In this document: piece by piece, positions 29,104 through 39,597 of the stretch
How the letters are laid out: each line of letters begins with the position of its first letter
Position numbering within the stretch: the stretch's first letter is position 1
Assembly (NCBI GenBank): GCA_903827975.1
Contig: CAIKKG010000024.1
Span: 523 to 64,522 of the forward strand
Source of the DNA: an uncultured bacterium
Lineage (GTDB): Bacteria; Patescibacteriota; Minisyncoccia; UBA6257; GWB1-50-10
Direction: 5' to 3'
Length of the DNA: 64,000 nucleotides
The notes under the pieces: generated by a model
The model's database searches: none
What the model was told of the DNA's origin: nothing
The model's input: only the letters and a program-made list of their open reading frames with translations
Made by a program: the position numbers and the translations under genes

Positions 29104-29175
29104 TGGGCGCTGAGGGTGTCGAACCCCCGACCTACTCGGTGTAAACGAGTCGCTCTACCGCTGAGCTAAGCGCCC
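29104..29175 (-). tRNA. tRNA-Val (anticodon TAC)
   Basis: The reverse complement GGGCGCTTAGCTCAGCGGTAGAGCGACTCGTTTACACCGAGTAGGTCGGGGGTTCGACACCCTCAGCGCCCA has the anticodon loop TTTACAC. Confidence 0.8.
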
Positions 29176-29232
29176 TATATATTATTCCGATAGTTTAAAC
29201 AAAAACTTAAAATCACACAACCTCTAACCCCT

Positions 29233-29304
29233 GTCGGTCCGGCAGGACTCGAACCTGCAACCGGGCGTGTATAAGACGCCTGCTCTGCCATTGAGCTACG
29301 GACC
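29233..29304 (-). tRNA. tRNA with anticodon TAT, formally tRNA-Ile(UAU) decoding AUA
   Basis: The reverse complement CGGTCCGTAGCTCAATGGCAGAGCAGGCGTCTTATACACGCCCGGTTGCAGGTTCGAGTCCTGCCGGACCGA forms a good cloverleaf with anticodon stem GGCGT/ACGCC and loop CTTATAC. Confidence 0.7.
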
Positions 29305-29354
29305 GAATCCATCCCTCGGTTTATACTAACGCGAGAGATGCATTTAAATCAATA

Positions 29355-31199
29355 CTATCCTTCAATCGTCGCAATCTTAAATCCGAATTTATTTATTAAA
29401 GAATAGAACTCATCCTGTTCAAGTGTCTCCTTTTCTATAAGAGCTTCTGCTATTGCATCAAGTGCTTTGCGGTGCTTTGTCACAATTGCTCTTGCTGTAG
29501 CGTGTGCTTTCTGTATGTGCTCGTTTATTTCAGAATCTATTATTGAGCCTACTGATTCAGAATAATTTTTTTCTGTTCCTATATCGCGTCCAAGGAAAAC
29601 CATTCCGCCAGAATTACCAAATGCACGTGGCCCGAGTTTTTCACTCATTCCGTATCTAGTAACCAATCGTTCTGCAACATCAGTAGCATTTTGAATATCG
29701 CTTGATGAGCCAGTTGTCACATCTTTAAATACTGCCTGCTCTGCGGCAAATCCTCCAAATGAAACCGCCATGTCTGCAACAAACTGTGCTTTTGTGCGTA
29801 GACTGCTTTCTTCTAGTGGAAGTTTAAGTGTATATCCGCCAGCCATTCCGCGACTCACAATAGAAACTTTATGTACTGGATCTGAGTCTTTCATTGCGGC
29901 CGCAACAAGTGCGTGACCAGCCTCATGATAAGCGGTAATCTCTTTTTGCTTCGGTGTGATTACACGACTTCTTCGTGCTGGACCGAGTAATACCTTTTCA
30001 ATTGAGTTTAGGAAATCCTCCTGCATAACTGTTTTGCGATTACTCCTTGCTGCGAGTATCGCCGCCTCATTCACAAGATTAGAAAGATCCGCTCCTGCAA
30101 ATCCTGGTGTTCGTGTTGCAATCATTTTGAAATCTATTTTTTCATCAAGCGGTTTTCCCTTCGCGTGAATTTTTAAAATTTCCTCCCTATCTTTTACATC
30201 TGGCATATCAAGCACAACTCTTCTATCGAAACGTCCTGGGCGCAACAATGCAGAATCAAGAACATCTGGCCTGTTTGTTGCCGCAATTACAATCACGCTT
30301 GTGTCGCGCTCAAATCCATCCATCTCTACAAGTATCTGATTGAGTGTTTGTTCGCGCTCATCGTGTCCGCCACCCATTCCAGTTCCACGCTCACGACCAA
30401 CAGCATCTATCTCATCAATAAATATAATTGCTGGTGCCATCTTTTTTGCAATCTCAAATAAATCACGAACGCGAGAAGCTCCAACACCAACAAACATTTC
30501 AACAAATTCTGATGCTGAAATATGGAAGAAGGGGACTCCAGCCTCACCAGCCACTGCACGAGCCAACATTGTTTTTCCTGTACCTGGTGAACCCATTAGT
30601 AAGACTCCGCGCGGAATTTTTGCGCCGATCTGTGTAAACTTTTTTGAATTTTTTAAGAATTCCACAATCTCTAATAATTCTTCTTTTGCCTCCTTCAATC
30701 CGGCAACATCCTTAAATGTGGTTTTGTCTTTTGCTGGAGAAAATAGACGAGCGTTTATTTTTCCAAATGAGAACGCCTGACCCGCACCATTTTTTGCCTG
30801 TCTAAAAATCCACCAGAAAATACCAATCATAAGAAGTGCGGGGATAAGTACTGGGATAAGAATACTCATCCAGTATTTTGAACCACTCTCATCTTGAATT
30901 TTAAAATTGACCTTCTGCAATGCATCAGCTGACACTCCATAATTTTTAAATGTTTCTGAAATTCCTAACTCGTTTTCTTTACGAGAAACTGCTTTTTCAG
31001 AACTTTTTAAAGTCACGTTTATTTCGTTACCACTAACTGTAATATCCTTAACCTCGCCAGCAATTATTTTATTAGCTAAAACATCAATGCTTAATTCTGT
31101 TGGTGCTTTTGTATCAAAACTAAGAAGTGCGGTAAACAAAAAGGCTGTTACAGTAAGAGAGAGAACTACCCATATAATATTTTTTCCTAGTGATTTCAT
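29355..31199 (-). CDS. ftsH: ATP-dependent zinc metalloprotease FtsH
   Basis: The 614-aa protein has two N-terminal TM helices, an AAA module (GPPGTGKT; DEIDA), the HEAGHALV zinc site and a second region of homology. Confidence 0.95.
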   Translation of the reverse strand: MKSLGKNIIWVVLSLTVTAFLFTALLSFDTKAPTELSIDVLANKIIAGEVKDITVSGNEINVTLKSSEKAVSRKENELGISETFKNYGVSADALQKVNFKIQDESGSKYWMSILIPVLIPALLMIGIFWWIFRQAKNGAGQAFSFGKINARLFSPAKDKTTFKDVAGLKEAKEELLEIVEFLKNSKKFTQIGAKIPRGVLLMGSPGTGKTMLARAVAGEAGVPFFHISASEFVEMFVGVGASRVRDLFEIAKKMAPAIIFIDEIDAVGRERGTGMGGGHDEREQTLNQILVEMDGFERDTSVIVIAATNRPDVLDSALLRPGRFDRRVVLDMPDVKDREEILKIHAKGKPLDEKIDFKMIATRTPGFAGADLSNLVNEAAILAARSNRKTVMQEDFLNSIEKVLLGPARRSRVITPKQKEITAYHEAGHALVAAAMKDSDPVHKVSIVSRGMAGGYTLKLPLEESSLRTKAQFVADMAVSFGGFAAEQAVFKDVTTGSSSDIQNATDVAERLVTRYGMSEKLGPRAFGNSGGMVFLGRDIGTEKNYSESVGSIIDSEINEHIQKAHATARAIVTKHRKALDAIAEALIEKETLEQDEFYSLINKFGFKIATIEG

Positions 31200-31465
31200 G
31201 CGTTTATAGTTTTTATTTTTAGTTATTTTTTAATTCTGACTTTTCTTTTTCTATTATTACAATATTAGATTACACCACCAATTCTTCTGATTTGTGATGT
31301 CTATCCAAAACCCAAATCGAAATAATATTTTTTACTCCCTTACTATAATTGAATGAACATAATTATGGAATAGGGAATGTGTGTTTTTTGTTTTGTTTGA
31401 ATTTAATTAAGCTGTTCGGTATGGTTTGGTCTGATTTATATAGGGTATATATAGGGGAATACGCG

Positions 31466-31494
31466 TTGACAAATTGGTATATTGGTGATATAAT
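31466..31494 (+). promoter_or_regulatory. Consensus sigma-70 promoter, TTGACA-17 bp-TATAAT, driving the GC-rich two-gene cassette
   Basis: A perfect -35 TTGACA (31466-31471), a 17-nt spacer and a perfect -10 TATAAT (31489-31494), followed by an AAGGGGG RBS and ATG at 31524. Confidence 0.6.
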
Positions 31495-31523
31495 ATCTTT
31501 AAGATCTTTAACAAGGGGGTTAT

Positions 31524-31904
31524 ATGTTGCGCTTCTATAGCCTCATTGAGGCTACGGACTGGAGTAGTATAATAGCTGCTCTAGCAACTGGCGTCGGAAT
31601 ACTCTGGGTCTTTGCTCAGTTTTCCGCGCACAACGTCCATGTCGGCGAGATTGTCGATATTGGAGTCTTCGTCTCCTTCTGTGGTTCCGCTACCTGCGGT
31701 TACACAAAGGAGGAGAAATCTGAGCTTTCGGCCATGCTCAGTTTCTCAATCCCACTCTTCGTGCTTCTACTTATTGCGCGCTGGAATGGGACACTGTTAG
31801 GTGAGTTTGGGGCGAGGATTGCCTACTCGGCGATTATTGCAACAACACTTACCTCAATCTTTGGGGCTAAATTTGGCTCAGTACTATACAGAATACTTAA
31901 CTAG
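31524..31904 (+). CDS. Hypothetical small polytopic membrane protein encoded by a GC-rich acquired cassette
   Basis: The 126-aa protein has 3-4 predicted TM helices and about 55-58% GC codon usage, unlike its neighbours. Confidence 0.55.
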   Translation: MLRFYSLIEATDWSSIIAALATGVGILWVFAQFSAHNVHVGEIVDIGVFVSFCGSATCGYTKEEKSELSAMLSFSIPLFVLLLIARWNGTLLGEFGARIAYSAIIATTLTSIFGAKFGSVLYRILN

Positions 31905-31925
31905 CGGCACGATTGCCGCATTTTC

Positions 31926-32288
31926 TTGGAGCAGGAAATGAATAGCAAGGAAATGAATAGCAAGAAGTTGATCTGCGTGCTCGGCTTACCGATGGCGATG
32001 TTCGCCTTCCTCTTGACCGAGGCTCTCACTGGCTCCGTGATGCTTGGGTTCGCAGGCTTCACGCTCGCGATGATCCTCATCTATGGACTCATCAGCTCGA
32101 CCATCCCGGTTGTGCTGCTTACTATCTCTGCTGCTGACCCCTTTATGTGGGCCGGCGTCGGAATCGGGACCTCGCTGGCCCTCGTGACAGTCTTACTGTC
32201 TCGGAGCTGGGAACCGCCCTTCCGGACAGTCCTTAGGGACTGGGTTCGGACTCACGGTCAACGAGTACCACTGCGCGACAAGATGTAG
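31926..32288 (+). CDS. Hypothetical small polytopic membrane protein, the second gene of the GC-rich cassette
   Basis: The 120-aa protein has 3 TM helices. There is a 15-nt tandem duplication at its start (MNSKE-MNSKK), and GC is about 58%. Confidence 0.55.
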   Translation: MEQEMNSKEMNSKKLICVLGLPMAMFAFLLTEALTGSVMLGFAGFTLAMILIYGLISSTIPVVLLTISAADPFMWAGVGIGTSLALVTVLLSRSWEPPFRTVLRDWVRTHGQRVPLRDKM

Positions 32289-32300
32289 TGTATATAAACA

Positions 32301-32336
32301 AAACCCCCGCCTTTCGGCGGGGGAGATTTTTTTATT
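32301..32336. terminator. Bidirectional terminator shared by the GC-rich cassette and rpsA
   Basis: AAAACCCCCGCCTTTCGGCGGGGGAGATTTTTTT. Confidence 0.75.
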
Positions 32337-33420
32337 TCTTAAGTTTAAGAGTAATCTTTCGTTCCTGTGGTTTTACTGCGTCCACAACGAATGAGTATTC
32401 CTTTCCGATTGTGAGATGTTTTCTCATCTCCTCGGCTCCTCCAAACTCTGTTACGTGAACATATCCCTGATATGTCTCATCCAAGTTTACAATTGCGCCG
32501 AACGGATTGAACATATATACCTTACCCTTAACCTCCTGGTTCTCGCCATACTTATTGGCTACAACCATCCAAGGGTCTGGCTTTAATGCTTTAAGAGAAA
32601 GTGAGATTTTTCCTTCCTTAATATCAACAATCTTTGCTTTTACAACATCATCTACCTTCACAACATCCTTCGGATTCTCAACAATTCTGTAATCCAACTC
32701 TGATACGTGAATAAGTCCCTCAACTGCTGGATTGTCTACGAATTTTACGAATACTCCGAAATCTGCGACACCCGAGACCACGCCATCAACCGTCTGTCCT
32801 ACTTCGTAGTTTTTAGCTAGTTCGCGTGATGAGATTTCAGTTGCTTCCTTTTCAGAAAGAATTAATTTTCCTGCGCGTGGGTTTGCATCAATAATCTTTA
32901 CAGAGATTTCCTCTCCAACAAGCTTTTGTAATGCGCTTCCAATCTCAGTTCTCTCGGCTGTTATTGCTTTAGGATAGTGATCCGCGGCAAGCTGTGAAAC
33001 AGGAAGAAAGGCTGGAATACCCTTAACGTTTGCGATAAGTCCTCCCTTGTTAAATCCTGTGATTTTAATCGTAAATGCCTCATCCTTTCCGCGAAGTTCA
33101 TCAACCTCGCCCCAGGCTTTTTGTTTGCCAGCCTCAGAAAGTGAGAGCTCAACAAATCCATCATCATTATCAACCTCGATAACTTTAGCGTGAATAGGGC
33201 TGCCTACCTCAAGACTCTTTACCAGTTCGCGTGCGTTCTGCAACTCTCCGCGATAAACTACGCCAGTTCCGTGACGTCCAAGGTTCACAAGAATTGCGCG
33301 TGAGCTCTTATCCAAAACAGATCCCTCGACGATATCTCCAACTTTTACAGAGGAGAAAATCTGCGGACTTGTTTTTGCAAGCTGTGTAAGTATAAGCATG
33401 CCGTTCTTTACGATATTCAT
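32332..33420 (-). CDS. rpsA: 30S ribosomal protein S1, short form with four S1 domains
   Basis: The 362-aa protein contains four S1 (OB) repeats with conserved G..V.G.V......G.FV patterns. Confidence 0.8.
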   Translation of the reverse strand: MNIVKNGMLILTQLAKTSPQIFSSVKVGDIVEGSVLDKSSRAILVNLGRHGTGVVYRGELQNARELVKSLEVGSPIHAKVIEVDNDDGFVELSLSEAGKQKAWGEVDELRGKDEAFTIKITGFNKGGLIANVKGIPAFLPVSQLAADHYPKAITAERTEIGSALQKLVGEEISVKIIDANPRAGKLILSEKEATEISSRELAKNYEVGQTVDGVVSGVADFGVFVKFVDNPAVEGLIHVSELDYRIVENPKDVVKVDDVVKAKIVDIKEGKISLSLKALKPDPWMVVANKYGENQEVKGKVYMFNPFGAIVNLDETYQGYVHVTEFGGAEEMRKHLTIGKEYSFVVDAVKPQERKITLKLKK

Positions 33421-33467
33421 AGTGCTAATAGAATAGTGAGTTTTTTTGCGCTAGTCAATGCCATAAT

Positions 33468-34118
33468 ATGAATAGGGCTCAATTATTGAAAAGATGGAAA
33501 AAATCAGCTATCATACATGTTGCATCTATGATTATTACTTACCAGGGCGGCAATTATTTCAAAATTCAGTCTGGTGAATTAGCAATTCTAATTGACCCAG
33601 AAAATCAGCGCTCATATAGAGGAACGCAGATTATTGTAAACACGGTTAAACCAACACTTGTCGCAAGACCGGAGGATTCTGATGATGACTCAGCACAACC
33701 AGTCTGGATAGAGAACCAAGGAGAGTATGAGATTAAGGGTATTCGAATTAGGGGATGGAGCGCTGGATATGACTCGAAGACAAAGAGAGAAACAACTGCT
33801 TATCGTATTCTATTTGATGAGATTTCAATTGTTATACTCGGACATCTTTCAGAAGTTATTAATCCTGAGATTGTTTCGGAACTTACAGACGCTGATATCT
33901 TAATCGCGCCCGCAGGTGGCTCGCCATATGTATCACAACAGATAATTTCAAAATTAATCCGCCAGATGGAACCTGGGATTATAATTCCTTCACTTTATAA
34001 GGATGTTAAGCCATTCTTGAAGGAGCTTGATCACCCGGAAGCGAAGCCCGAGGATAAGTTAGTTATTAAAAAGAAAGATATTGTGGCAAAGGCTATGAAG
34101 GTTAGTGTACTTCAATAA
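33468..34118 (+). CDS. Hypothetical protein, possibly a degenerate metallo-beta-lactamase-fold protein
   Basis: The 216-aa protein has an MBL-like N-terminal beta pattern (YFKIQSGELAILIDP) but lacks the HxHxDH motif. Confidence 0.4.
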   Translation: MNRAQLLKRWKKSAIIHVASMIITYQGGNYFKIQSGELAILIDPENQRSYRGTQIIVNTVKPTLVARPEDSDDDSAQPVWIENQGEYEIKGIRIRGWSAGYDSKTKRETTAYRILFDEISIVILGHLSEVINPEIVSELTDADILIAPAGGSPYVSQQIISKLIRQMEPGIIIPSLYKDVKPFLKELDHPEAKPEDKLVIKKKDIVAKAMKVSVLQ

Positions 34119-34514
34119 ATGGCGAAAAATAGTATTCACAATTATGTTAGTAAGATTCGTAATTCTGATGAGAAGATAAAGAATCGTTTTGTTGCGATTG
34201 CTTCCGCAATAACAATGATTGGTATTATTTTTGTCTGGCTTATGTATCTTAATATAACAATCCCCTCAATTTCAGCAGAAAACAAATCAGCAGAAGAAAT
34301 TCCAAAGATAGATTTTACTGGGCAGGTTATGAATAAGCCCGTAGATAATTCGTTTTTTGGAATTATAAAAAGAGGTTTTTCCGTAATGGGACAGAATATT
34401 GTAGGTCAGTTCTCAGCGCTAAAGAATGATGCCTCCGATAGCTTTTCTAAAATAAAGGGATTGGCCAGTAAAAAAAATGAGTCTATTATAAAGCCTGACA
34501 ATTCTGCGTTCTAA
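34119..34514 (+). CDS. Hypothetical single-pass membrane protein
   Basis: The 131-aa protein has one TM helix and abuts the preceding stop codon. Confidence 0.45.
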   Translation: MAKNSIHNYVSKIRNSDEKIKNRFVAIASAITMIGIIFVWLMYLNITIPSISAENKSAEEIPKIDFTGQVMNKPVDNSFFGIIKRGFSVMGQNIVGQFSALKNDASDSFSKIKGLASKKNESIIKPDNSAF

Positions 34515-34574
34515 TAATTGGTTGTATCAGAATAAATAAAACTCTTGGTATTGTCTGAATAATTTTTAAAAAAT

Positions 34575-37052
34575 ATGAAAAAGAAGAAAGAAGAACCAAT
34601 AGGCGAAATAGTAGTTCAGCGCATTGAGCCGCGCGAGATAACGGACGAGCTCAAAAGTTGCTACCTCGACTATGCGATGTCGGTTATTGTTTCGCGCGCG
34701 CTTCCAGACGTTAGAGATGGACTAAAACCTGTACAGCGCCGCATCCTTTGGGCTATGTGGGATACAGGACTTTTGCATTCCGCAAAATTCAGAAAATCTG
34801 CCAACGTCGTTGGAGAGGTTCTTGGTAAATATCACCCACATGGAGACTCGGCTGTTTATGATGCTATGGCTCGCATGGCACAAGACTTCTCTCTTCGTTA
34901 TCCACTCGTAGATGGTCAGGGTAACTGGGGTTCTATTGATGGTGATGCGCCAGCTGCTATGCGTTATACCGAAGCAAGGCTTACAAAGATTGCTGCGGAA
35001 CTTTTAGTTGATATCGAAAAGGGAACGGTTGATTGGAATCCGAACTATGACAACTCACGTGAGGAGCCAACATTTTTCCCAGCAAAACTTCCACACCTTC
35101 TTCTTAATGGAACTGTTGGTATCGCCGTTGGTATGGCCACATCAATTCCTCCACACAATCTAATGGAGATTGTTGATGCAACTATTTATCTTTCAAATAA
35201 CCCTGATGCAAACACTCGTGAACTTTTGCAGTTTGTTCCCGGACCTGATTTTCCAACTGGTGGAATAATTTATGATAAGCGCGGAATCGAGGAGGCATAT
35301 TCAACAGGACGTGGTGCTATAACAATGCGTGCGGTCACAGAAATTGAAGAACGTAAGGCTGGGAGTTTTCATATTATAGTTTCAGAAATTCCATATCAGG
35401 TTAATAAGTCCGACCTTATAACTAAGATGGCGGAGTTGGCTCAAGAAAAAAGAATTGAGGGTATTCGTGATTTGCGCGATGAGTCTGACCGAGAAGATAA
35501 GGTGCGCATTGTTATTGATTTAAAAAATGATGCGTCTCCGCAAAAAGTTTTAAACCAACTTTTTGAATATACTGAGCTCCAGAAAAATTTTCACTTTAAT
35601 ATGTTGGCGCTCGTAAACGGAATTCAACCACAGATTCTATCACTTAAGGATGTTCTTAGTGAATATATTGCACACAGAAAAGTTATGGTTCGTCGCAGAA
35701 CTGAGTTTGATCTAAAAAAGGCTGAGGACCGTGCTCATATTTTAATTGGTTTGGTTACCGCTCTTGATGTAATAGACAAGATAATCGCAACAATTAAGAA
35801 GTCTAAAGACAAGGAGGCTGCACGCGAAAATTTAATGAAGAATTTCAAACTTTCCGAAATTCAGGCAAATGCAATTTTGGAAATGAAATTGGCTGCACTC
35901 GCTGCACTTGAGAGAATTAAATTGGAAGACGAGTTAAAGGAGAAAAAGAAATTTATTGCTGAGTGTCAGGCGATTTTAAAATCAGCAAAAAGAATGCTCG
36001 AGATTATTCAGTCCGAATTACAAGAATTGAAAGAAACATATTCAAGCCCACGCAGAACCAGAGTTATTGCATCAGGCCTTAAGGAGTTCCGTGAAGAGGA
36101 TCTCGTCCCACAGGAAGAGGTGATTATCACGATGAGTCAGGATGGCTACATAAAGCGCATGTCGGCTGGAATTTTCAAAGCACAGAAACGTGGCGGAAAG
36201 GGACTTATTGGTTCTGAGCTAAAAGATGAGGATTTAGTAAATCAGATTATAACTGCTGATACTCACGATAATATTTTATTCTTCACTGACCATGGACGCG
36301 TATTCCAAACAAAGGCGTATGAGGTTCCAGTTGCAGCAAGAACAGCAAAAGGTAAGTCGGTTCATAATTTCTTAACAATTCCGCCGTCAGAAAAAATCTG
36401 CTCAATTGTGAGTTATTCTGATAAGCAGGAAAAAAATAGTGTGAATAAGTTCTTGGTTATGGCGACTCAGGGCGGTGTAATTAAAAAGACACCGGTCACA
36501 GACTTTGCGAATGTTCGCCGAAGCGGAATTATTGCTCTTAAGTTGAAGGCCGATGATTCGCTTCAGTGGGCTGCATTTTCTGGCGGTGAGGATGAGATTA
36601 TTCTTGTTACTTCAAACGGACAATCAATTCGTTTTAAGGAAAAGGATGTCCGCGCAATGGGAAGAACTGCGGCTGGAACAAAGGCTGCGAGACTTAAGAA
36701 GGGTGATGTTGTTGCTGGATTTGATATCATTCCAAAAGGAACGAGCAATGATACACAGTTTTTAGTTGTAATGGCTCACGGTTTTGCAAAACAAACACCA
36801 TTAAAGGATTACAAGACACAGAAGCGTGGCGGAGGAGGAATTAAGACTGCAAAAATAACAGAAAAAACAGGAAAGGTTATTGCCGCAAGAATTATTTCTG
36901 ATGAGGTTGAGGAGGTTCTGGCATTTTCTTCTAAGGGTCAGGCCTTAAGAACCAAGCTCGCAGACATTAGAGTCGCTGGACGCGCGACGCAAGGTGTAAA
37001 AATAATGAACCTTGATTCAGGGGACTCACTAATGGGAATTGTGTGTCTTTAA
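34575..37052 (+). CDS. gyrA: DNA gyrase subunit A
   Basis: The 825-aa protein has the active-site region [10 protein letters not shown], a GyrA-box-like segment and a C-terminal beta-pinwheel domain. Confidence 0.95.
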   Translation: MKKKKEEPIGEIVVQRIEPREITDELKSCYLDYAMSVIVSRALPDVRDGLKPVQRRILWAMWDTGLLHSAKFRKSANVVGEVLGKYHPHGDSAVYDAMARMAQDFSLRYPLVDGQGNWGSIDGDAPAAMRYTEARLTKIAAELLVDIEKGTVDWNPNYDNSREEPTFFPAKLPHLLLNGTVGIAVGMATSIPPHNLMEIVDATIYLSNNPDANTRELLQFVPGPDFPTGGIIYDKRGIEEAYSTGRGAITMRAVTEIEERKAGSFHIIVSEIPYQVNKSDLITKMAELAQEKRIEGIRDLRDESDREDKVRIVIDLKNDASPQKVLNQLFEYTELQKNFHFNMLALVNGIQPQILSLKDVLSEYIAHRKVMVRRRTEFDLKKAEDRAHILIGLVTALDVIDKIIATIKKSKDKEAARENLMKNFKLSEIQANAILEMKLAALAALERIKLEDELKEKKKFIAECQAILKSAKRMLEIIQSELQELKETYSSPRRTRVIASGLKEFREEDLVPQEEVIITMSQDGYIKRMSAGIFKAQKRGGKGLIGSELKDEDLVNQIITADTHDNILFFTDHGRVFQTKAYEVPVAARTAKGKSVHNFLTIPPSEKICSIVSYSDKQEKNSVNKFLVMATQGGVIKKTPVTDFANVRRSGIIALKLKADDSLQWAAFSGGEDEIILVTSNGQSIRFKEKDVRAMGRTAAGTKAARLKKGDVVAGFDIIPKGTSNDTQFLVVMAHGFAKQTPLKDYKTQKRGGGGIKTAKITEKTGKVIAARIISDEVEEVLAFSSKGQALRTKLADIRVAGRATQGVKIMNLDSGDSLMGIVCL

Positions 37053-37112
37053 AAAATTGATTGTTTTATAAACTGGTATAAAAAAAATAAATAGAATTTC
37101 AAAAAACAACTT

Positions 37113-37134
37113 CCACCTATTCATGAATAGGTGG
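37113..37134. promoter_or_regulatory. Perfect 22-nt palindrome CCACCTATTCA|TGAATAGGTGG immediately upstream of a TATAAT (37142-37147) and the start of the SBP-pilin operon
   Basis: It is perfectly self-complementary with no T-tail, so it looks like an operator rather than a terminator. Confidence 0.4.
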
Positions 37135-37153
37135 AATTGCTATAATAAGCTCA

Positions 37154-38452
37154 ATGTCAAACGCTAAGCTCATTATTATTGGTGTGGTCGGGGTTTTAGT
37201 TCTTATTTTTGTTCTAATGCTTATCGGCATTATCCCAGGACTTAAGAGTAATCAACCGAATGCTGCTCCGGCAAGTCTAGTAATGTGGGGCGTAGGAAAT
37301 AGGGCTGGGCAGTTTGATAATGCTTTTCAAGCGTTCAAACAGACCTACCCAAATGTTCAGATTTTATATAAGGGTTTCGATACGCAAGATGAGTATGAAT
37401 CCGCACTAATAGAAGCATTCGCCTCTGGAAATAGTCCGGACATCTTTATGGTCGCAAATGAGAGTTTCCCTCGTTTTGCAAATAAAATAATTCCTTTTTC
37501 TACTGCTGCAATAACACTAACTCAGCTTGAACAGCTATTTCCGCAGACGGTTGAGCAGACATTTGTTCGAAATGGGCAGGCATATGCGCTTCCACTTTCA
37601 ATTGATACACTAGCACTTATTTATAACAAGGATATGTTCAATGCTGCGAGCATTCCTTTTCCACCTAAAACGTGGGAGGAATTTAAAACAATATCTCCGC
37701 GCTTATTGAAAAACGATAAGCTTACTGGCGCGCTTATCACGGCACCAAGCCCAATGGGTGGCTCTGAAAAAAACGTGGCTTACGCATCCGATCTTTTGGG
37801 CACTATCATGATTCAGAATGGAGCTAAAATGGTAAATTCAGATTTTTCGAATGCTTTGTTCTTATCACAGGAGGGTAGGGATGCAATTACTTTTTATACT
37901 CAGTTCGTAGACTCTCCAAATAGCACATCAACATGGAACGATGCGATGCCATACTCGATTGACGCATTCAGTCAGGAGAAAACCGCAATGACATTTGGGT
38001 ACCTGAGTGATGTAAATACAATTCGTTCAAAAAATTCGTTTCTTAATTTTGGCGTAGCGCTTCTTCCACAGTATGAGGGTACTTTAGCGGCCACACATCC
38101 GTTCTATTATGGTCTAGCTGTCTCAATTCAGACTAAGAACAATGATGCGGCTAAAAGATTAATTTTATCTCTTACTACCGACCAGAATATTGCTGAAATG
38201 TATCTCAAGGAAACAAAGACTCCACCAGCCCTTCTATCACTAATTAATCAGGACTTTAATGATTTACAGTTAAATGTTTTTGCGCGTCAGGCTTTAATTG
38301 CTCGCTCATGGCCTAAACCAGATAACCGCGCAGTAAAAGATATTTTTTCTCAGATGATAGATAATATAACCTCTAAAAAGCTCTCAGTTTATTCTGGTAT
38401 CCAGCAGGCGGAAGGCGAAGTTAATACCTTATTCAGAAATAAAAGCTTATAA
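37154..38452 (+). CDS. Extracellular solute-binding protein, ABC-transporter family-1 SBP, membrane-anchored
   Basis: The 432-aa protein has an N-terminal TM anchor and an SBP-like fold, and is the first gene of the operon that continues into the pilin paralogs. Confidence 0.55.
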   Translation: MSNAKLIIIGVVGVLVLIFVLMLIGIIPGLKSNQPNAAPASLVMWGVGNRAGQFDNAFQAFKQTYPNVQILYKGFDTQDEYESALIEAFASGNSPDIFMVANESFPRFANKIIPFSTAAITLTQLEQLFPQTVEQTFVRNGQAYALPLSIDTLALIYNKDMFNAASIPFPPKTWEEFKTISPRLLKNDKLTGALITAPSPMGGSEKNVAYASDLLGTIMIQNGAKMVNSDFSNALFLSQEGRDAITFYTQFVDSPNSTSTWNDAMPYSIDAFSQEKTAMTFGYLSDVNTIRSKNSFLNFGVALLPQYEGTLAATHPFYYGLAVSIQTKNNDAAKRLILSLTTDQNIAEMYLKETKTPPALLSLINQDFNDLQLNVFARQALIARSWPKPDNRAVKDIFSQMIDNITSKKLSVYSGIQQAEGEVNTLFRNKSL

Positions 38453-38462
38453 TAATTAATAT

Positions 38463-38876
38463 ATGAAACAACTAGTTGCTCTAACTGTTTTGTTACTGGT
38501 CGCCTTTGCAATTTTTATGCCCACACACAACGCGCAGGCTTTAAGTATCTGGGCTGGTGCAAAGTGTGGTGGCGCGGTGATTGGTCTGAATGATGGGCCC
38601 ACTGGCGCGTGTAATCTTTGTGATGCAATGATCGTGCTTCGAAACATAATAAACTTCGGGTTTACGCTCGCCATCTCGATAAGCACTGGTATGATTGCGT
38701 GGGGTGCTGTTCGTATGATGACTGCTGGAGGTAGTGAGAGTAACGTTAGTGAGGCAAAGAAAATAATATTTAGTGCCATAACTGGTGTAGCAATTGCACT
38801 TGGTTCGTGGATTATAGTAAATACATTATTCTCCGTGTTTACCGGTTCGTGGAACTGGAATCATTTCACGTGTTAA
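38463..38876 (+). CDS. VirB2/TrbC-like pilin-module protein, paralog 1
   Basis: A signal peptide (…THNAQA) is followed by Cys residues and a hydrophobic-charged loop-hydrophobic hairpin (LAISISTGMIAWGAVRMMTAGGSESNVSEAKKIIFSAITGVAIALGSWIIV). The hairpin is shared with 38893, 39598 and 61648. Confidence 0.6.
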   Translation: MKQLVALTVLLLVAFAIFMPTHNAQALSIWAGAKCGGAVIGLNDGPTGACNLCDAMIVLRNIINFGFTLAISISTGMIAWGAVRMMTAGGSESNVSEAKKIIFSAITGVAIALGSWIIVNTLFSVFTGSWNWNHFTC

Positions 38877-38892
38877 TATAAATAATAAATAA

Positions 38893-39579
38893 ATGAAAAA
38901 ATCTATTTTAAGAAAAATATTGTTTGTTGCACTAATCGTTATCGCGATATCCTTTCCATCGGTTTCTGTGGTCCGCGCACAATGCGCCCCAAACTCTAGT
39001 CAGTGCCCAGCAGAACTGTGTGGTGGAACATCAGGCTTTGTAGATAGCGATGGTGTGTGCTACACATCAGCAAGTTGTACCAACTCAAATATGTGTACTG
39101 GCGTTGTAACTGGTGGTGTATGTAATCCATCAAATGATTGTGCGTCCTCTTGCGGTGGAAGTCAGGGATATGCGGATAGTGAGGGATCATGCTACACAAG
39201 CTCGGCGTGTAATAACTATACTAGGTGTTCTGGTGGAACTAATACTGGTGGTGGCAATGCTGGTAGTGGTAATAATACTGGCGGGTTAGGTATTGGAGGT
39301 GGTGGCAATGCTGGATCAGACATGCAACTACAGAATCCTCTTGGGGTGAGTAGTATAAATGGTCTCATCAACAGAATAATTGATATTCTTATTATTTTAG
39401 GCATTCCTATTGCTAGTGGAATGATTATATGGGCGGCGTTCCTCTTCATGACCTCTGGTGGCGAGCCAGATAAGCTAACAACCGCAAGACACGCAATATT
39501 GTGGACTGTTATTGGATTTGTTATACTTTTAATTGCTAAGGGTATTGCTAGTATTATCAGGTCCGTTATGGGTATATAA
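38893..39579 (+). CDS. Pilin-module protein, paralog 2, with an N-terminal duplicated Cys-rich domain and a Gly-rich linker
   Basis: After the signal peptide come two copies of a roughly 33-aa Cys motif (C..G.SG[FY].DS[DE]G.CYTS..C.N...C.G), then GGNAGSGNNTGG and the conserved C-terminal 2-TM hairpin (LFMTSGGEPDKLTTARHAILWTVIGFVILLIAKG). Confidence 0.6.
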   Translation: MKKSILRKILFVALIVIAISFPSVSVVRAQCAPNSSQCPAELCGGTSGFVDSDGVCYTSASCTNSNMCTGVVTGGVCNPSNDCASSCGGSQGYADSEGSCYTSSACNNYTRCSGGTNTGGGNAGSGNNTGGLGIGGGGNAGSDMQLQNPLGVSSINGLINRIIDILIILGIPIASGMIIWAAFLFMTSGGEPDKLTTARHAILWTVIGFVILLIAKGIASIIRSVMGI

Positions 39580-39597
39580 CTAAAAAAATATTCTGAA

